Source: Eledone cirrhosa (taxonomy: Eukaryota). Taken from it: 64,000 bases of DNA. This document shows, piece by piece, positions 10,250 to 22,260 of this stretch. The notes beneath the pieces are model-generated. The model made no database searches and was not told where the DNA came from. It saw only the letters and a program-made list of their open reading frames with translations. The first letter of the stretch is position 1. The number at the start of each line of letters is the position of its first letter. The stretch is from the NCBI GenBank assembly GCA_964016885.1, contig OZ024741.1:356810001-356874000 (forward strand). Reading direction: 5' to 3'. The position numbers and the translations under genes were made by a program.

Positions 10250-10635
10250 GTTATTCCAAAGACCCCGCGGAGGAACCCCATTTCGGCCGCTTGTATTCGT
10301 GATCGTATTCTTCGGCCATTACCCAAGATTCATGATCATAGAATAGGGTTGGCACGAATACCGAATTGAAGATAGTAAGTTTGGTTTTTACACCTACCCG
10401 CCTTTTTGCGACCGAATGCTGAAGCTGGCGCACTACTGCATCAGCCTCCTGCCTTCCATCATTCATGAAAACAGCCCCTGGATTTCTCCACCTGCTTCAA
10501 AGAAACTTCACTCACATGTAGAGTGCGTTGCACAGGCTTCTTTGAGAGGACGGGTGTCTCGGTATTCGCAGCACTCGGCAGCAAACCTGTCAAGTACATG
10601 TCGGAGATCACCTTCCGACTGATCCAACCTGCTTG
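10250..10635 (-). pseudogene. RTE-type LINE RT C-terminal remnant
   Basis: KTKLTIFNSVFVPTLFYDHESWVM resembles the RTE thumb motif P.L.YG.E.W. Confidence 0.65.
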
Positions 10636-11329
10636 CGCGTGTCAATCTTGTTCATAGGAAATGTTTCCAAGAATCTTTCTTTTTCACTAATCTGTTGGAA
10701 CAGTGATCAAAATGTCAGAAAATATATTTGCGTAAAACATCATAACATTGCGTTTTCTCACGCCAAATTCTACTGGATTGGCAGAATCGCCAGGGCGTCA
10801 TGCCTTGTGGTATCTAGCTATGGAATTTTGCTTTCTTAGTTCAAATCCTGCCGATGTCAACTTTACCTTTCATCCTTCTCGAGCCGATAAATTGAAGCAC
10901 CAATCAGATACTGGGGTCAATTTAATCTATTATACCCCATTTCCCGTCAAATGTATGGCTCTGTACCTATGTTTAAAAAAAATATTAAAAACAGCTCAAT
11001 GGAGGAAAGAATGTTAAAATTTTAATAATAATTTTTATTTTAATCATGTACGTATGCACGTATAAACTAAGATACTAAGATTTTTTTCTAAATATTTCTA
11101 ATTTAAATTTATTTGAATACTTTGCAAAGCCTACATCTTTCTGAAGTCGAGAAAATAAAGTCAAGTACTTGTGTCGATAACTATATTATACTGTTCTTCT
11201 ATATATCTCTAAAACAAAATAAATGATCTCTACGTTCTTTATATTTGTTATACGATATCTCGAAAATTCGTGCCGCCTCTTCCAACCTTCCAAATTATTT
11301 TTACCATTCAACTAATGTCTAAATATCTG

Positions 11330-11610
11330 GGTCTGTAAACTCCCGTAGGAGTCGCAGGGGTGCCATCATACATTTAAACCTGGCGGATCCCACTCGTCAC
11401 CAGAACTGAACACAGCCTATTTCTTCCAGAGAAGGAGAGAGAGGGGAGGGGAGAAATAGATGTGAAGAAAGAATCGACCCCAATACTGGACTGGTACTTT
11501 GTTTTATTGATCTCGACGGGGTTTGAAGTGAGAGAGCGCAGAGAGCCAGAACGAATACTACAAAGCATTTTAGCTGACGTTCTAATGACTTTGCCAATTC
11601 GCGGCCTTAC
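11330..11610 (-). mobile_element. SINE family B (same core as family A, different 3' body); representative copy
   Basis: Core ACTGGTACTTT..TTTATTGA (antisense) plus body GGAGTCG.AGGGGTGCC...TTTAAACCTGGCGGA; related copies near 13945-14435, 28375-28680(+), 38210-38450, 41505-41790. Confidence 0.7.
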
Positions 11611-11865
11611 CAATGAACTAAAATACACCAACATTTTTGACATCAATGCTATGTAAAATATTGTCATTTTATTTATTTCTTGAATCAAATTAAAACTAAT
11701 AAAATTTAACTGTTCGTTTTAGATTTCAAATTCCGTTAGAGGGTTAACTTATGTCGTACAACCACTAATCAAAGAGTAAAACTCAAGTTTATATGTAGAT
11801 TCTCACTCACAACTATTAAAACAAAATAAAAGAAATACAATTAAGTCCCTTCTGAAATAATTTCT

Positions 11866-12399
11866 TTATGACGTGTTCCAACCTGGTGATAATTGAGCGC
11901 CATTCTTATGATAAAGGGTATCCCTCATTATACACTTGTGGCCATATTCTGGTTTGTCCAAGTTGAGACATCTGCTAAGATGTGCAATATTCCACCCATA
12001 TTCCATAGATGACGTAGCAGGAAACAGATATTTTTTTTCTGGGTCTTCAAGATACCTTTGTTTTAAATAACTTTTCCGACCTTTTCCATCTCTGGAGATA
12101 CCATCATACAACAAATTCTTTGTTGCTTTATCAATTGGTAACATATTTTGGGGTGCTTTATAACAATCACGTATTTCGATCGAAGACCTACACAAATTTC
12201 TACGTGGTTTTTCAACTACTGGTTTTGGGAGAGTTGCGCTGCAATTAAGTCTTTTACGAAGGACCTCACTTGCCCGGGCCTTTTCAACTTTTGCAAACTC
12301 TGCTTCTCGTCTTTTAAGGTGCCAAGCAAGGCGTATTCGTTGTTCTTTCGCAATACAGTATTCCATGAATTTGGCATCCGCAAAATTGGTTCGAGACAT
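11866..12399 (-). CDS. SPMIP1: Sperm microtubule inner protein 1 / ATP6V1FNB homolog (177 aa, uninterrupted CDS)
   Basis: KEQRIRLAW N-terminal helix; MLPIDKATKNLLYDGISRDGKGRKSYLKQR...PEKKYLFPATSSMEYGW...LYHKNGA closely parallels the recalled family motif LLYEGIS...GR..YL..R...PE.RY.FP.T....YGW; length matches. Confidence 0.85.
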   Translation of the reverse strand: MSRTNFADAKFMEYCIAKEQRIRLAWHLKRREAEFAKVEKARASEVLRKRLNCSATLPKPVVEKPRRNLCRSSIEIRDCYKAPQNMLPIDKATKNLLYDGISRDGKGRKSYLKQRYLEDPEKKYLFPATSSMEYGWNIAHLSRCLNLDKPEYGHKCIMRDTLYHKNGAQLSPGWNTS

Positions 12400-12818
12400 C
12401 TTCAGAACTAAAAATAGTTTACTGTTGTTTGTGCCTCTTTATTCTTTTCAGTATGCTTGAGTACCTCGAAAAAAACCTAGATCAGAAATTGTATATATAT
12501 TTATATATATGAATAAATATCATACACGTCTTTTACAATCCACTATAAATCATTAAATCTGATAGTACATTAATTAAAAGTTACACATTTCAGTGTACCT
12601 TTTGAGTACTAAACAAAAAGTAGTTTACGAACAAAGAAAAACAGGAACTATAAACAAAGGTTTAACTCGGTTCATATAGTTACTGTTACTAGTGACAACA
12701 GTAATTTTGTAGTGCCGCCCCCGAAATACGTCACAATTTTATTAAGGAAGATAACTCCAACTTTCAAACCCTTAAAATCTCGCGCGATTTTAACTCAGTT
12801 GACATTGTACGTAGCAAA
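12400..12818. promoter_or_regulatory. Putative bidirectional promoter between SPMIP1-like and FBXL5
   Basis: Divergent ATGs 420 bp apart; local CpG enrichment at about 12710-12830; X-box-like 12685-12699; TCTCGCGCGA 12778-12787; YY1-like AAAATGGCG over the FBXL5 start. Confidence 0.7.
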
Positions 12819-12905
12819 ATGGCGCCGAAGTATCCTGACGAGTTGGATGTATTCACAGTGCCTCATAACAGGATGAAGGCACTTGTGCAACAATACTGTA
12901 AAATG
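12819..12905 (+). CDS. FBXL5: FBXL5 coding exon 1 (hemerythrin-like domain start)
   Basis: MAPKYPDELDVFTVPHNRMKALVQQYCKM resembles vertebrate MAPFPEEVDVFTAPHWRMK; GT donor at 12906, phase 0. Confidence 0.95.
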
Positions 12906-14189
12906 GTAAGAGAACTTATTTAACACTTAGTTTCTTTAATGTCGTATTCAATAGCCACCAATTTGAAATGTATTTTAATACTACCATATGAGATCATCCC
13001 CTCATTGTTGTTATTTCAAATGATTTTCGTTTTGTACACATTTGAAATCGCCCTGTTATGATTTTTAATGATATATCTTATTGAATAACTCCAATCACTT
13101 TGATTTTTCCCACAATATTCTCCCCATATTTGTAGATTTTACTTCGATTTCAAGGTCTTGATTATATTATCAACAAAAGTCTTTAATGTCCCATAGAACA
13201 TATTTGGGCATTATTGACAATAATTAGTCCTGTTCACCGAATTTATTTCGCATGCTTCGCCCCCCCCCCCCCCTCTCTTGCACTTTCTCTCTCACACACA
13301 TATGTATATATATATATATATATTAGCTGATGATGGATCTCTAACCCTAATCTTAAACCTAACGTGTATATATGCAATGAATCTAGTGAATCGAATGGGT
13401 TGTTTTTATTTTCTTCTAAAGAGATCTATTTTCAGTGTAAATAATTACTCAGTAAGCTCGATGCCTTTATTGTTTCTATTATATTAATAATAATTATGTT
13501 TGAAACCGAAATATGAATGTTTAACATTCACATACAATAAATAAGACATCACCGTAACCATTGAACAACAAATGTTCCTTTATAATAGTGAAACTAGAAC
13601 AATATGACGCGATGTTTTGATAAATTGATCACGTACGTGAGATATATACACGTTTTTTAATGTAAAACATTGTACCGTACGTTATATGTTGCATAGTGTT
13701 ATGACATATCTGTATTTCAGTATTTTCTTGTTTTCATACCACTCTTAACTACTCCTTGGTATGATATAATGAGTTCTAATTTAGACACAAGGTCAGCAAT
13801 TTGGGGAAAGAGGAAAGTCGATTTTATCGACCCCTGAAGGATGAAAGGCAGAATTGATTTCGGTGTGATTTGAATTCAGAACGTAATGTCTCGGAAAAAA
13901 TGTAAAACTTTGTTCTATATAGTCGAAGTATAGTATAGTATGGTCCCGTAACTCCTGATAGAGTCGTAGGGGTGCCGTATTGACATACGGCGTTTCTTGA
14001 ACATTTTAAGCCTGGCGGAGCCCATCCTTCTCCAGGCATGAGTACAGCAGATTTCTTCCAGAGAGAGGAAGAATCGACTCCAGTACTAGACTGGTACTTT
14101 TTTTATCGACCTCGAAAGGATGAAAGGTAAAGTTGACCTCGGCGGAATTTGAGCGCAGAGAGCAGAAAGCCAAACTGAATACCATAAAG

Positions 14190-14389
14190 CAAGCATGTTA
14201 AACATGCGGCCCTTTACAAGCACACTGCGGCCCGCACAAAGGTTTTTACAGCGCGAGCATGTTTTATCTTCGTAATATAACATTTTAAAAAGTAGTTGTA
14301 ATGTGCGTAATTAGTTGTCGTGTGTGGCCCTCAAACGACACATATGCCACCCATGTGGCCCTCGAGGGACCATCATTTTAACATGCCTA
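14190..14389. mobile_element. hAT-type MITE nested in a family-B SINE
   Basis: TIRs CAAGCATGTTAAA / TTTAACATGCCTA; 8-bp TSD CCATAAAG (14182-14189) / CTATAAAG (14390-14397); subterminal GCGGCCC/GTGGCCC motifs. Confidence 0.8.
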
Positions 14390-16844
14390 CTATAAAGCAT
14401 TCTATCTGACGTTCTAACGACTCTGCCAATACCAGTCGAAGTGTGACGTTTTAAAAAGGTTGACATAGAAAGGCAAAACAAAACAAAGTACATACAATGA
14501 AATACGAAATATTTGAAAATCACTACATAGTAAATAACTAAACAGCTCTAGGCAAGTTGAATGTATGTATATTTTTATCGTTGACAATAGATCTCGTTGT
14601 ATAACTTCTAGTCGATTAGCGGTATTGGTAGAGAGTCGGACACCATGCTTTGAAGCATAGAGTTACGTCTCTTTATGATCTTGAGTTCAAATCTCGCCGA
14701 GGTTAACTTTGCCTTTCATCCTTACGGGGTCGATAAAATAAAGTACCAGTAATGTATTAAGTAATTGCTGGCCTTGTGCCAAAACTAGAAACAATTATTG
14801 TATAACTGTGTCTGTAAAATATAATTAGCATATGTTTGTGTATAACAGATAACAAAATTAAAATTCTCCACATTCACTTGCTCCTCTCACACACCACTCA
14901 TACTGTTTATTTTTGTATTTTCTTTGCAAGGTTCTTGAAACAGATATTGCTATACTCTAGGCGGGTCATGCTAACATGTTTTGTTATTGGCAGCGTGTTT
15001 TCATCTCTTGCAGAGATAAACATTGAACTATTAAGAAAACAATCGTGTTGTGTCATACAGAACTCTAAAAAAGTGCTATCAGCCCCATTACTTGTCCACT
15101 CCACAACAGCATGAACCCTAAAAAGAGGAATTGAAATAGCTGTAATATCTTCAGACCTCTTCTACTGCAAACTACCCAATGATTATACCCAGTGCAACCC
15201 AAGACTAGTCTTTATCACTGTACATCATCTCATCCCCTCTACTTCTGCCTACAGTCACTAACCTCATCGTTGAAGTATCACAAATGCCTACTATCTATTT
15301 TCTATTAACAAATTCATGTCTTATCATTTCTGCCTGCAATTGCCATACTAAGCTCATCTCTGGCTACTTTGACAAACTAATATCTCCTTTATTCATCACC
15401 TACCAGATCCCACATCCATGACTCAAACCATATTTATCACCTTTTAAATCCCCCCCTCCCTTGTATCTTCTAAACTATCTGTGGTTTACAGCCAATCATA
15501 TTGTTAATCAAATCCATCAAGTTTCTGTAACTGGTGTAGATAGACATTGGGGTGGCACTCTAGATGTTTGACTGTGATCTATCATGTATACAGCAGGCCT
15601 TAGAAATGCTTGGCATTGCTCATCAAATTGTAGAAACTTCTGTTATAAGTCTTCTCCCTTCCACCATTGCTTAGTACTTTTTGAAGTAACATAACTTTCA
15701 TACCTTCCTCTTCACTTTGTCTTCTGAGTCCATCTGAGTTTTATGTTGAAGTCACTAATCACTATGTTAAGTGGTACATTTTTCACTAGGGAAACACTTA
15801 ATATTCACAATTAGCTTTCTATCTTGCTTCATGGTGAATATGAACTCTATTTGGTTTACATATTCAACTAATTAGTAGGTGATCAGATGACTGGTTGACT
15901 ATTTTTTTTCTTGAAATCATTAGGCCATTTGTATTACAGAACACCAAGTCTTTAACCATTGGCAAAGCCTCCATTTACATTCATCATCATCACCGTTTTA
16001 CGTCCATTCTTCCACGTTAGCATGGGTTAGGCAGGTTGTTCTGTTGTGAGCAATGCCAAGTCGAGTGACTTTGTCTTGCTCATAAGGGAACTGATTTTGG
16101 CTTGATTTCTACAGCTGGATGCCCTTCCTAACACCAACCTCATTTACAGTGAGTACTGGGTGCTTCTTTACCGTGGTGCCTACAGAGTAACCATTCCACA
16201 GGTGCTGTTAGGGTTTGTTTGATGTTCAACTTCACTTGGATTACTTAATAATGGTGTGAGTCCTGTTGGTGTAGTTGGTGGTTTTCTATATTGTTGTGTA
16301 TTGCATGGTTTTTACAACTGGATATTCTTTCTATTGCCAACCGCTTAACAGAATGGACTGAGTGTATTTTATCATGCTGCTTGCTCTAGAGATGTTTTCT
16401 GTCAAGATTAAAATTTCCAAAGTTACTACTCTGCCTCATCCAGATGAACCAGTGAATGCTGAAACTCTGAGTTATAATATAACATTCTACTCTTCACCTA
16501 ATAAACACACACACAAACAAATTAAAATAATTTGTTAGTCCAACTCACAGAAATGAGGATGTAGAAAGTGAAGGGTTTCACCTGACTGATTTTTTGGGGG
16601 GGTGGGGGTGATGACAATAGGAGGAGGTGTTAGGTGTAATAAAAGCTTTGGCAGGGACAGAAGTGGGGAGTGATAAAATAAAAGAGGTAGTGGTGGAGTA
16701 GTAAGTTGAATGACAGTCGTAGTATTTACCATAGCTATCGAGAGAGGAGTAGAGGAGGTATCAAGGTGTGCAGGAGAGGAGAGCAAAGGAAGGAGAGATT
16801 AGTTTCTAAAAATAGAATGGTAATCAGGTGTTTTTTGTTTGTGT

Positions 16845-17095
16845 GTGTTGTAAATTTGTGACAGTGTTTAGCCGAGCTGTGTGCATGTCTGTTGTAAATT
16901 TGTGACAGTGTTTAACTGTACTGTGTGTATGTCTATTGTAAATTTGTGACAGTGTTTAGTTGTGTATGTGTTGTAAATTTGTGATTGTGTTTAGCTGAGT
17001 TGTGTGTATGTGTTGTAAATTTGTGACTGTGTTTAGCTGAGCTGTGTGTGTCTGTTGTAAATTTGTGACTGTTTATCTGAGCTGTGTGTGTTGTC
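16845..17095. repeat. Minisatellite, about 6 copies of a 35-44 bp unit
   Basis: Repeating TGTTGTAAATTTGTGAC(A/T)GTGTTTAGCTGAGCTGTGTG. Confidence 0.9.
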
Positions 17096-19468
17096 ATTAT
17101 CGTCATCATTATTTTATATCCTGCTTTCCATACTGACTTGATTTGTGTTTTAAGTTTTTGTTGTTTTTATCTATGTGTATATTGTAATCTCTACCATATA
17201 CCTCAAAAATATCATAAGGCTGTTTATATAAAATGCCTGCAGTGACATTGTTTATGTCCCCTCATTAATAATATGTCTTGCAGTGTATCAGTTCGATGGA
17301 CATTAATTGTATATACACTATACTTAAAATAAGGTATGGGTTGGCATCAGGAAGGACATCTGGCTATAGAAAACTTGCTGCAAAAGTCTTGTCTCAATCC
17401 ATGCAAACACGGGAAAAGTGGACATAAAAATGGTGATGGTGTATATACATTTTGCATTACTCTGTCAGCCTTTCATCATGAAAGCAAAAATGTGCATGTG
17501 TAAAAAAAGAAGTGGAGAGAGGCAGAAATAATAAAGAATACTCTTGTGAGTGAATTTGGTAGATCGAAACTAAGAAAGCCCATCGTTTGTTTGTATGTGT
17601 ACATTTGCATATGTCTTCATCTCCAAAATGTTACTGAGTTGGTGAATCTTAACCATACTATAAAGTATAAGTGGGCATCAAGAAGGGCATTTGACGATAG
17701 GAATTTGCCATCTCTCCCACTGGAAAGACCACAGGCCCTTCGGAATCTTTCTCGTATCTATCACTTCGTGGTTTGAGGCAATTCATTCAACTACCTACAT
17801 CAAAGTGAAATTTTCTTCCACCAGTTTGCAGTAGACATGTTTGCTAAGATTCAATCTAAGAGATTGTGCTACATTCAAACTTATCAAAAAGAGCTGAGAG
17901 CATTCTTTTATATGTATTTCATCATCTTCATGTTTTACGCCCACCTTCCCATCTTTGCACATGTGTTGGACAAGTCTTCTCCAGCACAGTTTTCTTCCAT
18001 TTGTTGTGTTCCTTTGTCATCAGAGAGAAACAAAACCTCCCTAGAGCTGGTGCCATGATAAAAAAAATGTACCCAGTACACTCTGTAAAGCGTTTAAAAG
18101 TATTTACTTTTAGGAAGAGTATCTAGCCTTAGAAACCATGTCAAAATGGATATCTGAGTGAGAACATGGTCCCTTAACCCATCTAGAAGGACAGTAGCTC
18201 TGACTTGATGTGTTACAATCCATCCAACTCATGCCATTGTGATTGGTTCCAGATAATTAAGAAAAAAAGGCTTATCATTGACAACTAAATTTACTACAGT
18301 GAGACTGAATCCCAAACCACATGTTTGTGAAGTGAACTCTGCAGCTATGCCTGTGCCTGGATTTCTTTTTCTTCCGTCAAATGTAAACATTTCCATGACC
18401 ACTTGGGTCAAATATTTTACAGCTGTGTTCCTTTCTAATGACAAATGTTTTATGATTAGTAAATGGTTAACACTAACCATTATTTTCTTCTTTCCTCCTC
18501 TAATGCTAAAACGATTTATCTATTTCAAAAAGAAAACCTTTAAAGAACTAAATCTATTTTGTCCCTGATAATAAAAACATATATTGTATAAGATTTTAAT
18601 TAAATCTTTCTTCAAATGAGTTTGTTACTTAGCTGGATTAATCATGATTAATAATATATAGCATTCATTGCCATTTCTTACAAATATATAAATAACCATG
18701 TCAATGACAAACAGATTTAGAATTAGGACAATTATATGTGGGTCTTGTTGTGATTGGTTAATATTAAAAAGATGTTTAAATGTGAACCGGATTTAACATT
18801 GAGAGCAAATATTTTGTAATCGTTTTGGTTGCTATTTTGATAATGGTTTCATTTTACACCGATGTAATTTTCACTTTTGTTAAGATCACACTTGCCATAA
18901 CACACCTAAATGGTTAAGAAGTTCCCTTTGCATTCAAAGTTTTGGGTTTGATCTACTGCGTGGCGGGTGTTGTTTATCATATTTTCATGCAGACAGCCTG
19001 TATGAGTGAAATGGGGTAGACAGAAGCTATTTAGAAGCCCGTTGGATGGACTGTATCTGTAATTTCAAAGTGTCAGCCTTACATACACACACTGAATCAC
19101 TTGGAGAATTGCATTGAGGGCACACATGTCTGTAAAATGCTCAGTTGTTAAACTATAATACAAAATTGACTGGGCTTACTTTATTCACACTATGTATCAG
19201 GATGAATCAATCCGAGAAATATATTAAGGGGACTTATATCTGTAAAGTGCTCTGTGACTTGCACATTAACTTCAGAAACAGGCCATACCATTGATGAAAC
19301 AACTGGAACCCTCATTCCCAAAACTGACAGAAGCCCATTTGAAGAGTGATTATTTTAAGTAGATTTTTAACAATAGAATAAGTTGCTTAGTTTTTTTTAG
19401 CCCCCAAATTTTGTTGTTTTGAAATATTTTTAAGGGTATGTTATGACTCAATTTTTTTTATATTTCAG

Positions 19469-19804
19469 TTAACTTCAACTAATTTCTCAAGTGCTTGTGA
19501 AGTGATGCAACTGTTAAAGCAGTTGGGAACTACATTCAAAGAATTTAAAGAACATGAAACAATAGAAAATAAGTATATAATGCAGAAGCTGCAACACAAG
19601 CTGCAACAGTTGTCAATTACCAACAATGTTGTGTGCAACTGTCACAAAGATTATAAACTATCACAAATGCTTCAACTTCTTGAAGATGGACTTTCAAAAT
19701 GTTCTAAAACAGATCAAGATCGGCTTAACTATGGCCTTAAACTGCGCATGGCGCTAGATGATTTTACCAAAGACTTCATTCCTCATATGCAAGAAGAAGA
19801 AGAG
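19469..19804 (+). CDS. FBXL5: FBXL5 coding exon 2 (hemerythrin-like domain)
   Basis: tttcag acceptor; LTSTNFS...FKEFKEHETIENKYI...NCHKD...FIPHMQEEEE with the di-iron His/Glu ligands; 336 nt; GT at 19805. Confidence 0.95.
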
Positions 19805-20929
19805 GTACTAAACTTTGTTTCTTTCATTCATATGTTTGTATGAATTTCGGTGGATTGGTAGAATCAGTAGACCATCACACAAAATACTTAGCTGTATTTG
19901 ACGTTCTAAGTTCAAATTCCATCAATGTCATCTTTGCTTTTCATGCTTAAAATAAGTATCAGTCAAGTACTGGAGTCAATATAACTCACTTTCCACTTCC
20001 CCCAAATCTCTGTCCTTGTGCCAATGTTAGAAAGAATTATTATTGTTACTTATATCTGATTGTTCTTACTATAACTTAGCTATCTCATTTTCAGTATAAT
20101 AGATTTATTCATTTTGTGAATCACAGTTTTCCATTGGACCTCTACTTCTTTAAGTAGGTGAGAGAAATATTCACCTAGATAGGATATTGACCTGTCTCAG
20201 GTAACTTTTTCAGATGTTTTAGTATCTATTCTTCACAGTTAGATACATAGAATTGAAAGCCCTGCTATCTAAAACCTGATAAAATGCCTGTAAGTAAATT
20301 TGAACTCATTTCTACAAGTTGAGAGTTCAATACCATATCTACTAATCAATTTGCCTCTATAAGCTAATTAAGACTAGGAAAATAATTTTAACTGTAAAGC
20401 AGTGGCTTGAACTAAAATACCTTTCCAGGGTGGTGGAATGAAAGAATTGTTAAAGAGGCAGATTGCATGCTTTTTAGTATCTGTTCCAGCTCTGTGCATT
20501 CTTAGTTCAAATCCCACCTCCTGTCCCTAGAAAAGCAGTGATACTTCTTCCAGGAATTGCAACCAGCAGTTAGCATTGACAATGGAAATATCAGTCTCTT
20601 TTATATCATCGTTCATAGAGACATGATGCCTGAATACAAAGAAACACAATAACTAACTTGTTAGTATGCTCAACTTCAAATGGAAGCATAGTTTCATTAG
20701 CTTGATCTGATGATTAGTTCCTTTCTTCTACTAAGACTTGTGACCAGCACCTAGTATCACCATCATCATTGTTTAACGTCTATTTTCCATATTAGCATGG
20801 GTTAGACGAGCCAGGTCAGAGGACCGTGTTTTGCTTACACAAAACTGACTTTCTTCCCACCAAAATCACAATTTTCCCTGACACACTGCCTTGCAGTCCT
20901 GAACACCTCATGCCTTTGGCCCTCATATA

Positions 20930-21790
20930 GAAGCATAGTTTCATTGGTTTAATCTGATGATTGGCTCCTTTCTTCTGCCAGGTGTTGCAATTAGCAGATA
21001 GTATCAACAATGAAAGCATAGTTTCATTGGTTTAATCTGACCATTGGCTCCTTCTGCCAGGAATTGTGACTGGCAGATTGTATCAACAATGAAAGCATAG
21101 TTTCATTGGTTTAATCTGACCATTGGCTCCTTCTGCCAGGAATTGTGACTGGCAGATTGTATCAACAATGAAAGCATAGTTTCATTGGTTTAATCTGACC
21201 ATTGGCTCCTTCTGCCAGGAATTGTGACTGGCAGATTGTATCAACAATGAAAGCATAGTTTCATTGGTTTAATCTGACCATTGGCTCCTTCTGCCAGGAA
21301 TTGTGACTGGCAGATTGTATCAACAATGAAAGCATAGTTTCATTGGTTTAATCTGACCATTGGCTCCTTCTGCCAGGAATTGTGACTGGCAGATTGTATC
21401 AACAATGAAAGCATAGTTTCATTGGTTTAATCTGACCATTGGCTCCTTCTGCCAGGAATTGTGACTGGCAGATTGTATCAACAATGAAAGCATAGTTTCA
21501 TTGGTTTAATCTGACCATTGGCTCCTTCTGCCAGGAATTGTGACTGGCAGATTGTATCAACAATGAAAGCATAGTTTCATTGGTTTAATCTGATGATTGG
21601 CTCCTTCTGCCAGGAATTGTGACTGGCAGATTGTATCAACAATGAAAGCATAGTTTCATTGGTTTAATCTGATGATTGGCTCCTTTCTTCTGCTAAGAGT
21701 TATGACCAGCAGATAGATAGTATCAAATATAGAAAGACCAATGGAAACATAGTTTCGTTGGTTTTTATCTGACAATTGACTCCTTTCCTT
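20930..21790. repeat. 79-bp tandem array in FBXL5 intron 2
   Basis: Units start at 21009, 21088, 21167, 21246, 21325, 21404, 21483 (identical), 21562 (2-nt variant), 21641 (diverged); diverged flanking units. Confidence 0.97.
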
Positions 21791-22260
21791 ACGATTTTTT
21801 TTATTACTGAACTAATGGAAACCTACCAAAGTCAATAAGAGTGGTAGTAAAGTATGAAGTTGAATGAAAGGAAGGTCTAATTCACTAATTACCTGTAATC
21901 TCTGACTCACTATTGCAGTGTACTCATTCTACCTTCAATTTGTGCTGTATACTCACTCTGAGTTTAAGTTCAATCCCTGTGCTTCTTGGCTTGCTATCCC
22001 TAGGCTACCCCTGTTTAAACACATAATTTCTAACAAATGTGTAAATTTGTATAGTTATCTTATAACTGTTCATAGGCATGCATAGCGCATGACCAAACAA
22101 TCTCTTAACATCATGTATCGCATGAAACCATATTAGCACAACATTCTTGAAAAGTAAAGAACAGTACTATTAATACATAACATTAAAAATTAAAGTCTTT
22201 TCTTTTAGTTTACTGCAAATTTTCACAACAATTTGTCCACTAGTGAAAATACTACAAACA

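Noticed and set aside
12148-12411. 87-aa plus-strand ORF
   Set aside because: Antisense shadow of the SPMIP1-like CDS with no recognisable motif
12848-12868. CAGTGC in FBXL5 exon 1 (and CAGTGT at 12591) as an iron-responsive element
   Set aside because: Flanks do not form the 5-bp upper stem with bulged C
20930-21790. CRISPR-like array or H/ACA snoRNA cluster
   Set aside because: No unique spacers, no cas genes, eukaryotic intron; hairpins too short for H/ACA
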